In this document: in pieces, positions 30,787 through 39,519 of the stretch
How positions within the stretch are numbered: the first letter of the stretch is position 1
Layout of the letters: every line of letters starts with the position of its first letter
Assembly: GCA_964629365.1 (NCBI GenBank)
Contig: CAZVRB010000003.1
Coordinates: forward strand, 17,711 to 81,710
Origin: an uncultured Leptospiraceae bacterium
Lineage (GTDB): Bacteria > Spirochaetota > UBA4802 > UB4802
Length of the DNA stretch: 64,000 nt
Reading direction: 5' to 3'
Position numbers and translations under genes: made by a program
Notes under the pieces: model-generated
The model's database searches: none
What the model was told of the DNA's origin: nothing
What the model saw: only the letters and a program-made list of their open reading frames with translations

Positions 30787-32049
30787 TTATGAAGACTTCG
30801 TTGGCACCGTAATTTTTTTTAAAACATTGCCTGAAAACGCGTCAATAATATCCTTTATGGTTTGCTCTTCTTCTTCAATTTGATATACATCAATCATGTT
30901 ATCCCTGGCGATATAAAAAGAAATTTCTCCAATTTTGCTGGTAAATATAATATCCACGTTATAATGTATCAAGACCTTCACCACGTTCAGTCCAACATGC
31001 TTTTCTTTCTTTATAAATTCATTCAGGTAGAAATCCTCTATGACAATATCATCTTTATAAATGGTGATAATTGCAAAATAGGGTGCCCTCCCGAAATGAT
31101 GGAAAATCCTGGAGTTTAAGCCATCTACTGTACTAACCGGCACCACGGCCCTGAAAATATCATTTTTCGCCGGCTCCACGGTTACATACACATGTTCCAC
31201 CATGTTAAACCTGTGAATAATATTATCACGAACCCTGTCTGCGATATCCTGCGCGGCGTATACTGTGGCTGAAGGAGCGGTCATCACACTTATGTCTACC
31301 ATATTAAATGGTCCCGCTTCACGGATGGCAACGTCTTTAACCTTTTTTACCCCCTTTATACGCATTGTGTCATCCTGTATCAATTGTTGTAATTCGGGGT
31401 CCATATTTGCATCAAGTAGCACCAGTATTGATCTATACACATTTTCAATACCAATTTTTATAATAAAAAGAGAAATAACCAGGATCGCTCCACCTTCCAT
31501 GTATGGCACTCCAAAGACGGGGAGGAGTATTCCTGAAAGCACAACCAGGGAAGAAATAACATCAAGAAAGGATTCTTTCGCGTTGGCCTCAAGAGACATT
31601 GAATGTATCTCTCGTGCAACTTTCAGCTCAATGATGGCTATACCCGCAGCAAGTATAATGGATAACACCGCGGTGAATGCAGGTATTACCGGTATTGTCT
31701 TCTCTGGTATTTTATGGATAAACAGTTGTTTAAATCCTCCCAGGCCCATATCAATACCGGCATATATTATAAAAATACCGATGAGCAGGGCAGCTATTGT
31801 TTCCGCCCTGTACAATCCATAGGGGAACCGTTTCGACCTGGATTTACCCGCAAGGTACAGCCCCGCAGCGGAAGCGATCACCGCGGCTGAATCAGCAAAA
31901 CTATGTATGGCATCAACCACCAGTACCTGTGAATTATATACAATTCCCACAAGTAATTTGACAGATGCCAGCAGTATTGTCACCACGAAGGCGGCAAATG
32001 CCACATTCCTGCCTTTTTTGACTTTCGACAGGTTATCATTCATAATCAC
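30787..32049 (-). CDS. Cation diffusion facilitator (CDF) transporter fused to a C-terminal NifX/NifB-like (Nitro_FeMo-Co) domain
   Basis: N-terminal 6-TM CDF core (VDAIHSFADSAAV..., HGLYRAETIAALL). ZT_dimer-like cytoplasmic domain. An extra 120-aa domain AVVPVSTVDGLNSRIFHHFGRAPYFAIITI... resembles the NifX/NafY/NifB-C-terminal cofactor-binding fold. Confidence 0.7.
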   Translation of the reverse strand: MIMNDNLSKVKKGRNVAFAAFVVTILLASVKLLVGIVYNSQVLVVDAIHSFADSAAVIASAAGLYLAGKSRSKRFPYGLYRAETIAALLIGIFIIYAGIDMGLGGFKQLFIHKIPEKTIPVIPAFTAVLSIILAAGIAIIELKVAREIHSMSLEANAKESFLDVISSLVVLSGILLPVFGVPYMEGGAILVISLFIIKIGIENVYRSILVLLDANMDPELQQLIQDDTMRIKGVKKVKDVAIREAGPFNMVDISVMTAPSATVYAAQDIADRVRDNIIHRFNMVEHVYVTVEPAKNDIFRAVVPVSTVDGLNSRIFHHFGRAPYFAIITIYKDDIVIEDFYLNEFIKKEKHVGLNVVKVLIHYNVDIIFTSKIGEISFYIARDNMIDVYQIEEEEQTIKDIIDAFSGNVLKKITVPTKSS

Positions 32050-32054
32050 AACAC

Positions 32055-32282
32055 CTATGATTCATCTCTGAACCTGGCCATCATTGGAGTTCCGCACCTT
32101 GAACATTGAACCTTGAAACATGGAACTCCTGGTGTGTGCGGGACAACCTGTCCACATGAGGGACATATACATTCTGCGGGAGGTCCACCACCCTGCCTTC
32201 TTCCCGGTGCACGACCTCCTCCGAATCTTCCCCCTGATCTCCCACCACCGGGGCCTTTTCTGTTACCACGCCTAAAGGGCAT
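32055..32282 (-). CDS. Gly/Arg-rich small zinc-ribbon protein
   Basis: 75 aa. N-terminal RGG/GGR-rich tract followed by CxxC...CxxC (CICPSCGQ...CSRCGTP). Its high local GC reflects Gly/Arg/Pro codons. Confidence 0.5.
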   Translation of the reverse strand: MPFRRGNRKGPGGGRSGGRFGGGRAPGRRQGGGPPAECICPSCGQVVPHTPGVPCFKVQCSRCGTPMMARFRDES

Positions 32283-32299
32283 ATCCGCTCCTCCCGTGA

Positions 32300-32638
32300 T
32301 TAATGGTCACACGCGTTGACACCTTGTTCAAGCCTGTCGTTAACAAAAGCTTCGACTACCTTTTCCGGCTCTTCAGATGGCGCACCTGTTATTACCTTGA
32401 TATTCATCTGCTCAAAAAGCTGCTGGGCCCTGCTGCCCATGCCGCCGGCTATAATGCAATTTGCACCCTGCTGTGAAAGCCATTTGGGCAGCACACCTGG
32501 TTCATGTGGTGGGGGTGTTAGCAAATCAGTGGAAACAATATTTTTTTTGTCCACATCCACATCCACAAGTGCGAATTGCTCACAATGACCAAAATGCATG
32601 CACAATTTTCCGTTGACTATCGGTACAGCTATTTTCAT
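32300..32638 (-). CDS. NifX/NifB-C-terminal-like (Nitro_FeMo-Co) domain protein
   Basis: MKIAVPIVNGKLCMHFGHCEQFALVDV...CIIAGGMG matches the dinitrogenase FeMo-cofactor-binding family fold. Confidence 0.7.
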   Translation of the reverse strand: MKIAVPIVNGKLCMHFGHCEQFALVDVDVDKKNIVSTDLLTPPPHEPGVLPKWLSQQGANCIIAGGMGSRAQQLFEQMNIKVITGAPSEEPEKVVEAFVNDRLEQGVNACDH

Positions 32639-32651
32639 TTTCTTACCTCTT

Positions 32652-33536
32652 CTATTTTATTAATTTTTCTATAATTGATTCGAATGCTTTTATTGCGGCA
32701 TCATTTTCAGAATTTTCCGAAGATACAAATGGTTTACCCATATCCGCGTTTTCGGCAATCTTCAGGGTTATTGGTATACTGCCAAGAAAGGGTACATTCA
32801 TCTGTTCTGACATCCTTGCCCCCCCTCCCGTTCTGAATATATCCACATGTTCATTACAATGAGGACAATTAAAACCACTCATGTTTTCAACAACCCCAAG
32901 TACAGGCATATTCACTTTGTTGCAAAAGGATATTGATTTCTGAACATCGATTATTGCAACCTCCTGCGGGGTAGTCACGACAATTGCTCCATCAGGTTCT
33001 GGTATCAACTGGCATACTGATAAAGGTTCATCACCTGTACCAGGAGGTGAATCGATCACCAGGTAATCAAGTTCTCCCCAGTTTACATCTTTCAGGAACT
33101 GCTTTATGACTGAGTATTTCAATGGGCCTCTCCAGATAACCGGGTCTTCACCTTTTTCCAGCATGAATCCAATTGATATGACTTTCAGATTATCCTTGTA
33201 TATAACCGGGTTCAACTTTTCATTTTCAGCAGTCAGCCTGGTTCCATCAAGATCCAGCATTTTAGGTATACTTGGACCATGAATATCAACATCAAGCAAA
33301 CCAACCCTGTATCCCTTATCCGACAGGGTAACTGCCAGGTTCACCGCCACGGTGCTTTTGCCCACACCCCCTTTACCTGACAGCACTACAAATTTATGCT
33401 TTATTTTACCCAGGGTATTCTGCAATTCCTGCTGTTCTGCCATTTCTTTGGCCTTCTTCTGATCCATACCCTGAGTGCTGGCATCCATAGTTGCCTGTGA
33501 CCCGTTGTCTTTTTTTCCTTTACCAAACATGAACAT
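32652..33536 (-). CDS. Mrp/NBP35/ApbC-family Fe-S cluster carrier ATPase
   Basis: VLSGKGGVGKSTVAVNL Walker A and the C-terminal CPHC motif (FNCPHCNEHVDIF). Confidence 0.85.
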   Translation of the reverse strand: MFMFGKGKKDNGSQATMDASTQGMDQKKAKEMAEQQELQNTLGKIKHKFVVLSGKGGVGKSTVAVNLAVTLSDKGYRVGLLDVDIHGPSIPKMLDLDGTRLTAENEKLNPVIYKDNLKVISIGFMLEKGEDPVIWRGPLKYSVIKQFLKDVNWGELDYLVIDSPPGTGDEPLSVCQLIPEPDGAIVVTTPQEVAIIDVQKSISFCNKVNMPVLGVVENMSGFNCPHCNEHVDIFRTGGGARMSEQMNVPFLGSIPITLKIAENADMGKPFVSSENSENDAAIKAFESIIEKLIK

Positions 33537-33569
33537 TAGCCTCCGTTAATATCATTAATTTCATCATTC

Positions 33570-34085
33570 TTATTTGAGATGCAACCAGTCTTCTTCATTG
33601 TTCACAATTGTCATTCTTTTTGATCTTTTACCGTTTAAAAATTGCTCCATCCATCCTGTTCTAACTTCAACTGCCATATCAAAAGAAGGGCTGTATGGTT
33701 TTATGTCAAGCAAAGGAGTTTCGTTTACCATGTCCACACCCTTGATATACAGGGTATCATCATCAATTTTAACTAATTCAACAAGGGTTATACCTATATG
33801 ATTAGGCCTGTGTGGAGACCGTATAGAGAATATTCCCCGCTGACAGGTATCCATGTATGGTTTTGCTGTCAGCTTGACACTGTTGCTCTGATGAAAAAAA
33901 TACACCAGTATAACATGACTGAATCCATCAAGGTCTCTCAAACCCTCTTTATATTCCGGAAACACTTTTACAGTACCACTGGTATCGGAAGCCATTCGTC
34001 CCTGTATTGGGATACCATTTGATATGGTAGCAAATGGTGTCATGATTTTTCCAATGGGTGTTAATAGAATTTCAGATTGTTCCAA
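33570..34085 (-). CDS. TrmO/TsaA (YaeB)-like domain protein
   Basis: LTPIGKIMTPF...GFSHVILVYFFH pattern of the YaeB-like SAM-binding beta-barrel. Overlaps the upstream gene by 14 nt. Confidence 0.6.
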   Translation of the reverse strand: MEQSEILLTPIGKIMTPFATISNGIPIQGRMASDTSGTVKVFPEYKEGLRDLDGFSHVILVYFFHQSNSVKLTAKPYMDTCQRGIFSIRSPHRPNHIGITLVELVKIDDDTLYIKGVDMVNETPLLDIKPYSPSFDMAVEVRTGWMEQFLNGKRSKRMTIVNNEEDWLHLK

Positions 34086-34935
34086 TTATCTTCTCCCACA
34101 GGCTCCTTATTTCCTTTGATGCGGCACCATCAGAGTATTCCACAATGGATTTTGCTTCTACCTGTGACATCACAAAATCTGTATCATAGGGTATCTTTCC
34201 TGCCACATCAATACCCTTTGTATCTGCAAAACTTACAATTTCTTCTGTATTTTCTTCATGAATATCATATTTATTTATGCATATTGACAAAGGTATTCTG
34301 AAATGTTCAGATAACTCTATTACTCTTTTCAAATCGTGTATTCCTGACAAAGTAGGTTCAGTTACCACCAGGACATGTGAAGCTCCTGTTATTGATGCAA
34401 TCACCGGACAGCCAATTCCCGGTGCTCCATCCACTATTAGCAGGTCAAAACCCTTCTCTTCTGCAATCAACTTCGCTTTTTCCCGAACAAGTGAAACCAT
34501 CTTGCCCGAATTTTCTGCTGCTATACCAAGTTTCGCGTGAACCATGGGGCCATACCTGGTATTGGATATGAACCAGTTTCCACTTATTTCATGATTCATG
34601 ATAATGGCGTTGTAGGGACAGAAGTATGAACAAACACTGCATCCCTCACACAGAAGGGGATTTACATCAAAGCTATAGCCGTCAGTTATGGCGTCGAACC
34701 TGCATACAGACACACACTGGCCGCATCGCATGCAGAAATCCTGCCTGATCTCAGCCACCTTGCCGCCAACGAACTCTCCTTCTTCCTGTATAACAGGACC
34801 CAATAGAAGATGAAGATCCGCGGCATCCACGTCACAGTCAGCCATCACCATATCTTTTGCCAGCATGGCAAATGATGCGGCTATACTGGTTTTTCCTGTC
34901 CCACCCTTTCCGCTTATAATTACAAGTTCTTTCAT
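34072..34935 (-). CDS. MinD/CooC-like P-loop ATPase with two [4Fe-4S] ferredoxin motifs
   Basis: ISGKGGTGKTSIA Walker A. CMRCGQCVSVC and CEGCSVCSYFCP ferredoxin cysteine clusters inserted in the ATPase. Confidence 0.8.
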   Translation of the reverse strand: MKELVIISGKGGTGKTSIAASFAMLAKDMVMADCDVDAADLHLLLGPVIQEEGEFVGGKVAEIRQDFCMRCGQCVSVCRFDAITDGYSFDVNPLLCEGCSVCSYFCPYNAIIMNHEISGNWFISNTRYGPMVHAKLGIAAENSGKMVSLVREKAKLIAEEKGFDLLIVDGAPGIGCPVIASITGASHVLVVTEPTLSGIHDLKRVIELSEHFRIPLSICINKYDIHEENTEEIVSFADTKGIDVAGKIPYDTDFVMSQVEAKSIVEYSDGAASKEIRSLWEKIIGTI

Positions 34936-35798
34936 TGTTTGCCTCCATATGCCAGGTGTGACAGGTCAGCATGGTCCAGAATTGAATCAAATACGTCACG
35001 ATAATTGTCCAGAAGATAGGTAACGATGTCTCCAGCCGCGTAATGCTCTGCGATAACCCGATCATGTGGAATCCTGCCCACAATGCTGATTCCATTTTCC
35101 CTGCAATAGTTCTCAACATCATTATTTCCCAGGCCATCTTTGTTTATCAGAACACCACCCGGCAGGCCTATTTCGTTTATCATGGCAACTGCAAGTTTAA
35201 GATCGTTTAATCCAAATGGAGTTGGTTCCGTCACCAGAAGTACATAGTCACTTCCAATAACTGATTCGATTACAGGACAGGATGTTCCCGGTGGGGCATC
35301 AATTACGGTAAGATCACCTGATACTACGTGTTTGCGCACCGCTTTGATCAATGGAGGTGAGATAGCCTGGCTGATATTTGTTCTTCCTCCCACGTACCTG
35401 AGGTTTTCGATGTATCCTTCTTCAACTATGCCAATCTCCTTTTGAACTTCTGATATAGCCTCTACCGGGCATATCAACATGCATCCACCACATGAATGAC
35501 ACATATCCGGGAAAACCAGGGGTTTTTTCTTTACCATAACTATCGCACTGTATTCACACAGCTGATCACATTTTCCACAACCATTACACCTATCCATGTT
35601 GACTTCGGGTATCGGCACGTATACATTTTCCTTTACGCTTATGCTGGTCTTCAAAAATAAGTTAGCATTGGGCTCTTCCACATCACAATCCAGTATGTGT
35701 ATTTCCCTTTCCTGTATTTCAGACATATAAGAAGCAAGGGCAACCGCTATTGTTGTTTTACCTGTACCACCCTTCCCGCTTGCCACGCTTAGAATCAT
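34932..35798 (-). CDS. MinD/CooC-like P-loop ATPase with two [4Fe-4S] ferredoxin motifs (paralog)
   Basis: VASGKGGTGKTTIA, CNGCGKCDQLC and CHSCGGCMLICP. A 4-nt overlap with the downstream paralog indicates translational coupling. Confidence 0.8.
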   Translation of the reverse strand: MILSVASGKGGTGKTTIAVALASYMSEIQEREIHILDCDVEEPNANLFLKTSISVKENVYVPIPEVNMDRCNGCGKCDQLCEYSAIVMVKKKPLVFPDMCHSCGGCMLICPVEAISEVQKEIGIVEEGYIENLRYVGGRTNISQAISPPLIKAVRKHVVSGDLTVIDAPPGTSCPVIESVIGSDYVLLVTEPTPFGLNDLKLAVAMINEIGLPGGVLINKDGLGNNDVENYCRENGISIVGRIPHDRVIAEHYAAGDIVTYLLDNYRDVFDSILDHADLSHLAYGGKQ

Positions 35799-35818
35799 AA
35801 TTCACTCCTTGAATACTG

Positions 35819-36661
35819 TCAAAATTGAAGAACTGTGCCCGCTGAAGCATTTACAAATATACCAGGCAGCATTTCAGCCAGTTGTTCCTGCACCTGTTCT
35901 CCTGTACAATGATTGGCGGCCAATAACTGCACATCATACTTCTTGAATATATCAATCGCCCTTTCAACATAATCCCGGGGGGCACTGGATAAATGTGTAC
36001 CTCCCACAATGCCATAAATCCTGTCAACCTGTCTGACATCGGCAACCTTTTCTATTATTTCAATTATTCCGGCATGGGCGCATCCAACGCATAAAACCAG
36101 CCCTGAATCAGTATCAACAATCAGTGAGGTGTCATCATTGAATGGATCATGAATAAATGTGTCATTATCTTCACACATAAGACGCTCATCCCAGGAAATC
36201 CAGCTCTCTGGCCTTGGTATATCACTTAAAGAGGTAATAAATGAATTTACTGGTTCAACATTTCTAATAAAACGTATATCCGCGCCACTTTCAATTAAAA
36301 GATCATATGAATACTGTATTCCAATATCAGCTGCAACAGGCTGATTATCAACATTCGTAATAGCTGCCTTTCTCTTAAACGCGTCAGGGTGAACATGAAC
36401 CGGGACGCCCCTGTCACGGGCGGAAAGTAGTGCCAGGAGTCCCCCGGTATGATCATAGTGACCATGACTGAGTACTATCCTGTCGATAGATTCCGGATCG
36501 ATATTCATGATTTCCATGTTCTTCAGCAATGACATGCTCTGACCTGTATCAAGCATAACACGTTCGTTTTGCTCGATCATCATGGATAACCCATGTTCGG
36601 CATACAGCCCCGACCCGGGTACAGCCGTATTTTCACTGATGACAGAAATAGTTGTCTTCAT
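35819..36661 (-). CDS. MBL-fold metallo-hydrolase
   Basis: VLSHGHYDHTGG motif (HxHxDH). Confidence 0.75.
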   Translation of the reverse strand: MKTTISVISENTAVPGSGLYAEHGLSMMIEQNERVMLDTGQSMSLLKNMEIMNIDPESIDRIVLSHGHYDHTGGLLALLSARDRGVPVHVHPDAFKRKAAITNVDNQPVAADIGIQYSYDLLIESGADIRFIRNVEPVNSFITSLSDIPRPESWISWDERLMCEDNDTFIHDPFNDDTSLIVDTDSGLVLCVGCAHAGIIEIIEKVADVRQVDRIYGIVGGTHLSSAPRDYVERAIDIFKKYDVQLLAANHCTGEQVQEQLAEMLPGIFVNASAGTVLQF

Positions 36662-36679
36662 ATAGTCACTTATACTCGC

Positions 36680-37057
36680 TTATTCTTTTACTTCATCCAG
36701 CTCATTCAATCGCTTCTGAATGTCATCAAGCGCTGATTTGAAATAATCAGCCTGATCTTTCAGCATGTTAATTTCATCTTCCCGTGAAATTCCCGCTGAA
36801 TAATTATAGGGCATCGGGGCTGGATTATTCCAGGCATATCGTGGAGCTGATGTCCGCATCCATCCGGGTAAGCCGGTTGCGTAATACAAGTGCCGGTACC
36901 CCCTGCCTCTGCCGCGGCCACCACCGCCGCCCCATCCAATAAACCTGCCTGCTCCCGCGTTTGCGAAACCGGGTCGATCACTTCCTGCGCAGAACCCCAT
37001 TGCCCTGCCTGTCATTGGTCCCCCGCCATATGGACCTGTTCCATCTCCTGCTGGCAT
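36680..37057 (-). CDS. Gly-rich protein with C-terminal coiled coil (DUF5320-like)
   Basis: 125 aa. GPYGGGPMTGRAMG...GGGGGRGRGRG tract, then the helix MLKDQADYFKSALDDIQKRLNELDEVKE. This type accompanies NifX-like/MinD-Fer4 clusters. Confidence 0.5.
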   Translation of the reverse strand: MPAGDGTGPYGGGPMTGRAMGFCAGSDRPGFANAGAGRFIGWGGGGGRGRGRGYRHLYYATGLPGWMRTSAPRYAWNNPAPMPYNYSAGISREDEINMLKDQADYFKSALDDIQKRLNELDEVKE

Positions 37058-37083
37058 AACACTCCTCCTTTAAATAATTATTT

Positions 37084-37443
37084 TTACCAGTGACCTTCAA
37101 CATCCGCGTCACCGGCCTTTGTCAGCTTACCGTTTTTGAAATCTTCAACAGCCGATGCCACGGTATTTTCAGCACCGTTATATATTTCAATATCAGAAGC
37201 CGACAGGGTTGTAAAAGCTTTGGGTCCCACATGTCCTGTTAAAAGGACCTGTGCTCCTGAATTAATTACGTTCTTTGCTGATTGTATCCCCGCCCCCTGG
37301 GGCAGGTTCAGATTCTGCTGATTATCCATGTACTCAAATGAATCATTATCAGTATCATACAGAATGAATCCTTTTGCCCTTCCAAAACGCGGATCTACCT
37401 TCGAATCAAGGGTATTTCCCTGTGCAGTAATTGCAATTTTCAT
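37084..37443 (-). CDS. NifX/NifB-C-terminal-like (Nitro_FeMo-Co) domain protein
   Basis: MKIAITAQGNTLDSKVDPRFGRAKGFILYD...LLTGHVGPKA. Confidence 0.7.
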   Translation of the reverse strand: MKIAITAQGNTLDSKVDPRFGRAKGFILYDTDNDSFEYMDNQQNLNLPQGAGIQSAKNVINSGAQVLLTGHVGPKAFTTLSASDIEIYNGAENTVASAVEDFKNGKLTKAGDADVEGHW

Positions 37444-37446
37444 TAT

Positions 37447-37869
37447 TTAACTCCTTTCATCATAGTCGTTCTTTTTAATAATTTCACTGTAATACGGACA
37501 TCTACCATTTCTGTTTCTTCTACGCCACCTGCAGCCCGGCATTGTAAACTGTTCGATGTTCAATTTCCCGTTGCAGAATGCTATCAATATTTCACCAGTT
37601 TCTCCAATTACTCCCGGGATAATATCTATTTCATTGTTCAATAACATAACCGCCTGCTGTCGACTGATGGCACTGCATATAACCAGGTTTATGCCGTATG
37701 ACTTTAGAAATGAAATCTTTTGCCGCTCATTGGCTAATGAATGCTCCATGATTCGTATGTCATTCACTTCACCGTCCCTGATATCAGCTATCAGAAAGGT
37801 TCCGGCAACATCGAAAAGAGGTGCCACACGTTCCCTGTAGACCGGTATTGCTATTTTTTTCACTTCCAT
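37447..37869 (-). CDS. NifX-like (Nitro_FeMo-Co) domain protein with C-terminal Cys/Arg-rich tail; first gene of the cluster
   Basis: KKIAIPVYRERVAPLFDVAGTFLIADI... matches the fold. C-terminal tail PGCRWRRRNRNGRCPYY. ATG at 37869. Confidence 0.65.
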   Translation of the reverse strand: MEVKKIAIPVYRERVAPLFDVAGTFLIADIRDGEVNDIRIMEHSLANERQKISFLKSYGINLVICSAISRQQAVMLLNNEIDIIPGVIGETGEILIAFCNGKLNIEQFTMPGCRWRRRNRNGRCPYYSEIIKKNDYDERS

Positions 37870-37882
37870 ACCATGATATAAA

Positions 37883-37897
37883 GCAATTCATGTGCCA
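37883..37897 (-). promoter_or_regulatory. Sigma-54 (-24/-12) promoter: TGGCACA-TGAA-TTGCT
   Basis: Minus-strand sequence TGGCACATGAATTGCTT matches the RpoN consensus TGGCACG-N4-TTGCW with correct GG-N10-GC spacing. It sits directly upstream of the 37869 start codon and beside the sigma-54 activator gene. Confidence 0.6.
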
Positions 37898-38036
37898 GTG
37901 GCATCACGATTCATTTTATTTAATATATTACAGTCTATATTCTACTTTTTCTTCGAATTTGATTTACAATATATCATATTTGTTGACATTTTGTTTGGTA
38001 ATTGCGGTGATATTGAAATTTCGCAGGCAAGAAAAA

Positions 38037-38085
38037 TTGCATAATGCAATACTGGTGGCATATTTGTGTTGCATTATGCAATACT
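38037..38085. promoter_or_regulatory. Two copies of palindrome TTGCA-N3-TGCAA (+ATACT) spaced 32 bp apart; candidate upstream activator sequence
   Basis: ttgcataatgcaatact (38037-38053) and ttgcattatgcaatact (38069-38085). They lie 150-190 bp upstream of the sigma-54 promoter and overlap the 3' end of the activator gene. Confidence 0.45.
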
Positions 38086-39406
38086 ATCGTATGTGATACT
38101 TGTTTATTTTTCTCCAAAGGGTTGACTTATCAATTCCAAGCTCATCGGCTGTTTTCGAACGGTTCCATTCATTTTTCTCAAGTGTCTTTTTTATATATGA
38201 TTTTTCAAGTTCTTCCAGGGTAACAGGTTTCCCGGTATCGATACTGCTTTGCCTGAGATGGGCAGGAAGATGCTGTGCCTGTACATAGGGCTCCTTGCAG
38301 AGAACGAATGCGTGTTCTATTATATTTTCCAGTTCACGAATGTTCCCCGGATACTGGTATTCCATGAGAATATTCATAACCGTATCTGATACACCTTCTA
38401 TCTCCCTGTCCCTGATAAGGTTGAATCGTCGAACGAAATGCTTTACAAGGATGGGAATATCTTCTTTACGGTCCCGCAGGGGTGGAAGCTTGATATTAAC
38501 GATATTCAACCTGTAATACAGGTCATCCCGGAAAGCACCTGACTTGACTTCATCATGCAGCACCTTGTTGGTTGCCGCTATTATTCTCACGTTGGCTTTT
38601 TCGCCTTCTACTGCTCCCAGTGGTTCGTAGGTTTTCTCCTGTAAAAAGCGTAGAAGTTTCACCTGCAGGGCGATAGAAATTTCACCTATCTCATCAAGAA
38701 AAACTGTACCACCCTCTGCTGTAGCGATTTTTCCAGGTTTATCCTTTCTAGCGTCTGTAAATGCACCGGCCTTGTAGCCAAAAAGTTCGGATTCCAGCAA
38801 CGTATCAGGAAGCGCGGCACAATTAATTACAACAAGCCTGTTATCAGATCTCCTGCTCAGATTATGAATGGCCCTGGCAATCAGTTCTTTTCCTGTTCCA
38901 CTGGGCCCCTCTATAAGTACAGAACTGTCGCTTTCGGCTATATCAGGCAAAATCCCGAAAAGATCCATCATCTGGCTGTTTTTGCTGACAATGTCTTCGA
39001 ATGTATATTTTGATTCTATAGTTTTGCGCAGCTCAATAATATCTGAAATATTTCGAAATGTTTCAACACCGCCGATTATAGTACCGTCAGTATTGCGCAA
39101 TAATGCAGTACTGATACTTACGGGTATCTTTTCACCTTCGGCGTTTACAATATATATTGTTTTGTTAACTATATTTTTACCGCTGGTGAATGTTTCACGC
39201 AAGGCGCAGGAGTGTTCACATATATTAGCATGAAAAACCTCAAAACAATACTTCCCCAATGCCTCATCTTGTGATATATGCAGAATGGATTGGGCAGCCT
39301 TGTTAACCGATGTTATCCTGTAATCCAAATCAACGGTAAACACTCCATCGGCAATACTATCCAGTATGATATTGTCACTGTTAAAACCACTTTCAATTGA
39401 ATTCAT
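38084..39406 (-). CDS. Sigma-54-dependent transcriptional activator (bEBP): PAS sensor + AAA+ sigma-54 interaction domain + Fis-type HTH
   Basis: GPSGTGKELIARAIH Walker A, ESELFGYKAGAFTDA GAFTGA motif, and a C-terminal HTH. The N-terminal PAS domain carries C-x4-H-x3-C-x3-C. Confidence 0.9.
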   Translation of the reverse strand: MNSIESGFNSDNIILDSIADGVFTVDLDYRITSVNKAAQSILHISQDEALGKYCFEVFHANICEHSCALRETFTSGKNIVNKTIYIVNAEGEKIPVSISTALLRNTDGTIIGGVETFRNISDIIELRKTIESKYTFEDIVSKNSQMMDLFGILPDIAESDSSVLIEGPSGTGKELIARAIHNLSRRSDNRLVVINCAALPDTLLESELFGYKAGAFTDARKDKPGKIATAEGGTVFLDEIGEISIALQVKLLRFLQEKTYEPLGAVEGEKANVRIIAATNKVLHDEVKSGAFRDDLYYRLNIVNIKLPPLRDRKEDIPILVKHFVRRFNLIRDREIEGVSDTVMNILMEYQYPGNIRELENIIEHAFVLCKEPYVQAQHLPAHLRQSSIDTGKPVTLEELEKSYIKKTLEKNEWNRSKTADELGIDKSTLWRKINKYHIR

Positions 39407-39480
39407 TTTACTTGTACTCGTTATTATCGTATTTCATCAATGCGATTATGCCTCTTGCTGTAGTTACCCTTTTCTACGAC

Positions 39481-39519
39481 ATAAAAAAACGATGTACAGC
39501 ACATCCTGTACATCGTTTT
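39481..39519 (-). terminator. Rho-independent terminator of the ect operon
   Basis: 12-bp perfect inverted repeat AACGATGTACAG/CTGTACATCGTT with a 6-nt loop, followed on the minus strand by T7. Located 50 nt downstream of the ectC stop. Confidence 0.65.

Noticed and set aside
32081-32319. Alternative-frame ORFs (62 and 68 aa) overlapping the Gly/Arg-rich zinc-ribbon gene
   Set aside because: High local GC keeps several frames open. Only the frame with CxxC…CxxC and the RGG tract in operon context is plausible.
32055-37057. GC-rich islands at 32055-32282 and 36680-37057 as possible horizontally acquired or repeat elements
   Set aside because: The GC spikes coincide exactly with Gly/Arg/Pro-rich coding sequence (GGN/CGN/CCN codons) and are explained by protein composition, not foreign DNA.
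38057-38076. Forward-strand TGGCAT-N10-TTGCAT resembling a second sigma-54 promoter
   Set aside because: GG-to-GC spacing is 12 nt instead of the obligatory 10. It points toward the 3' end of a minus-strand gene. The TTGCAT part is better explained as a half-site of the TTGCA-N3-TGCAA palindrome.
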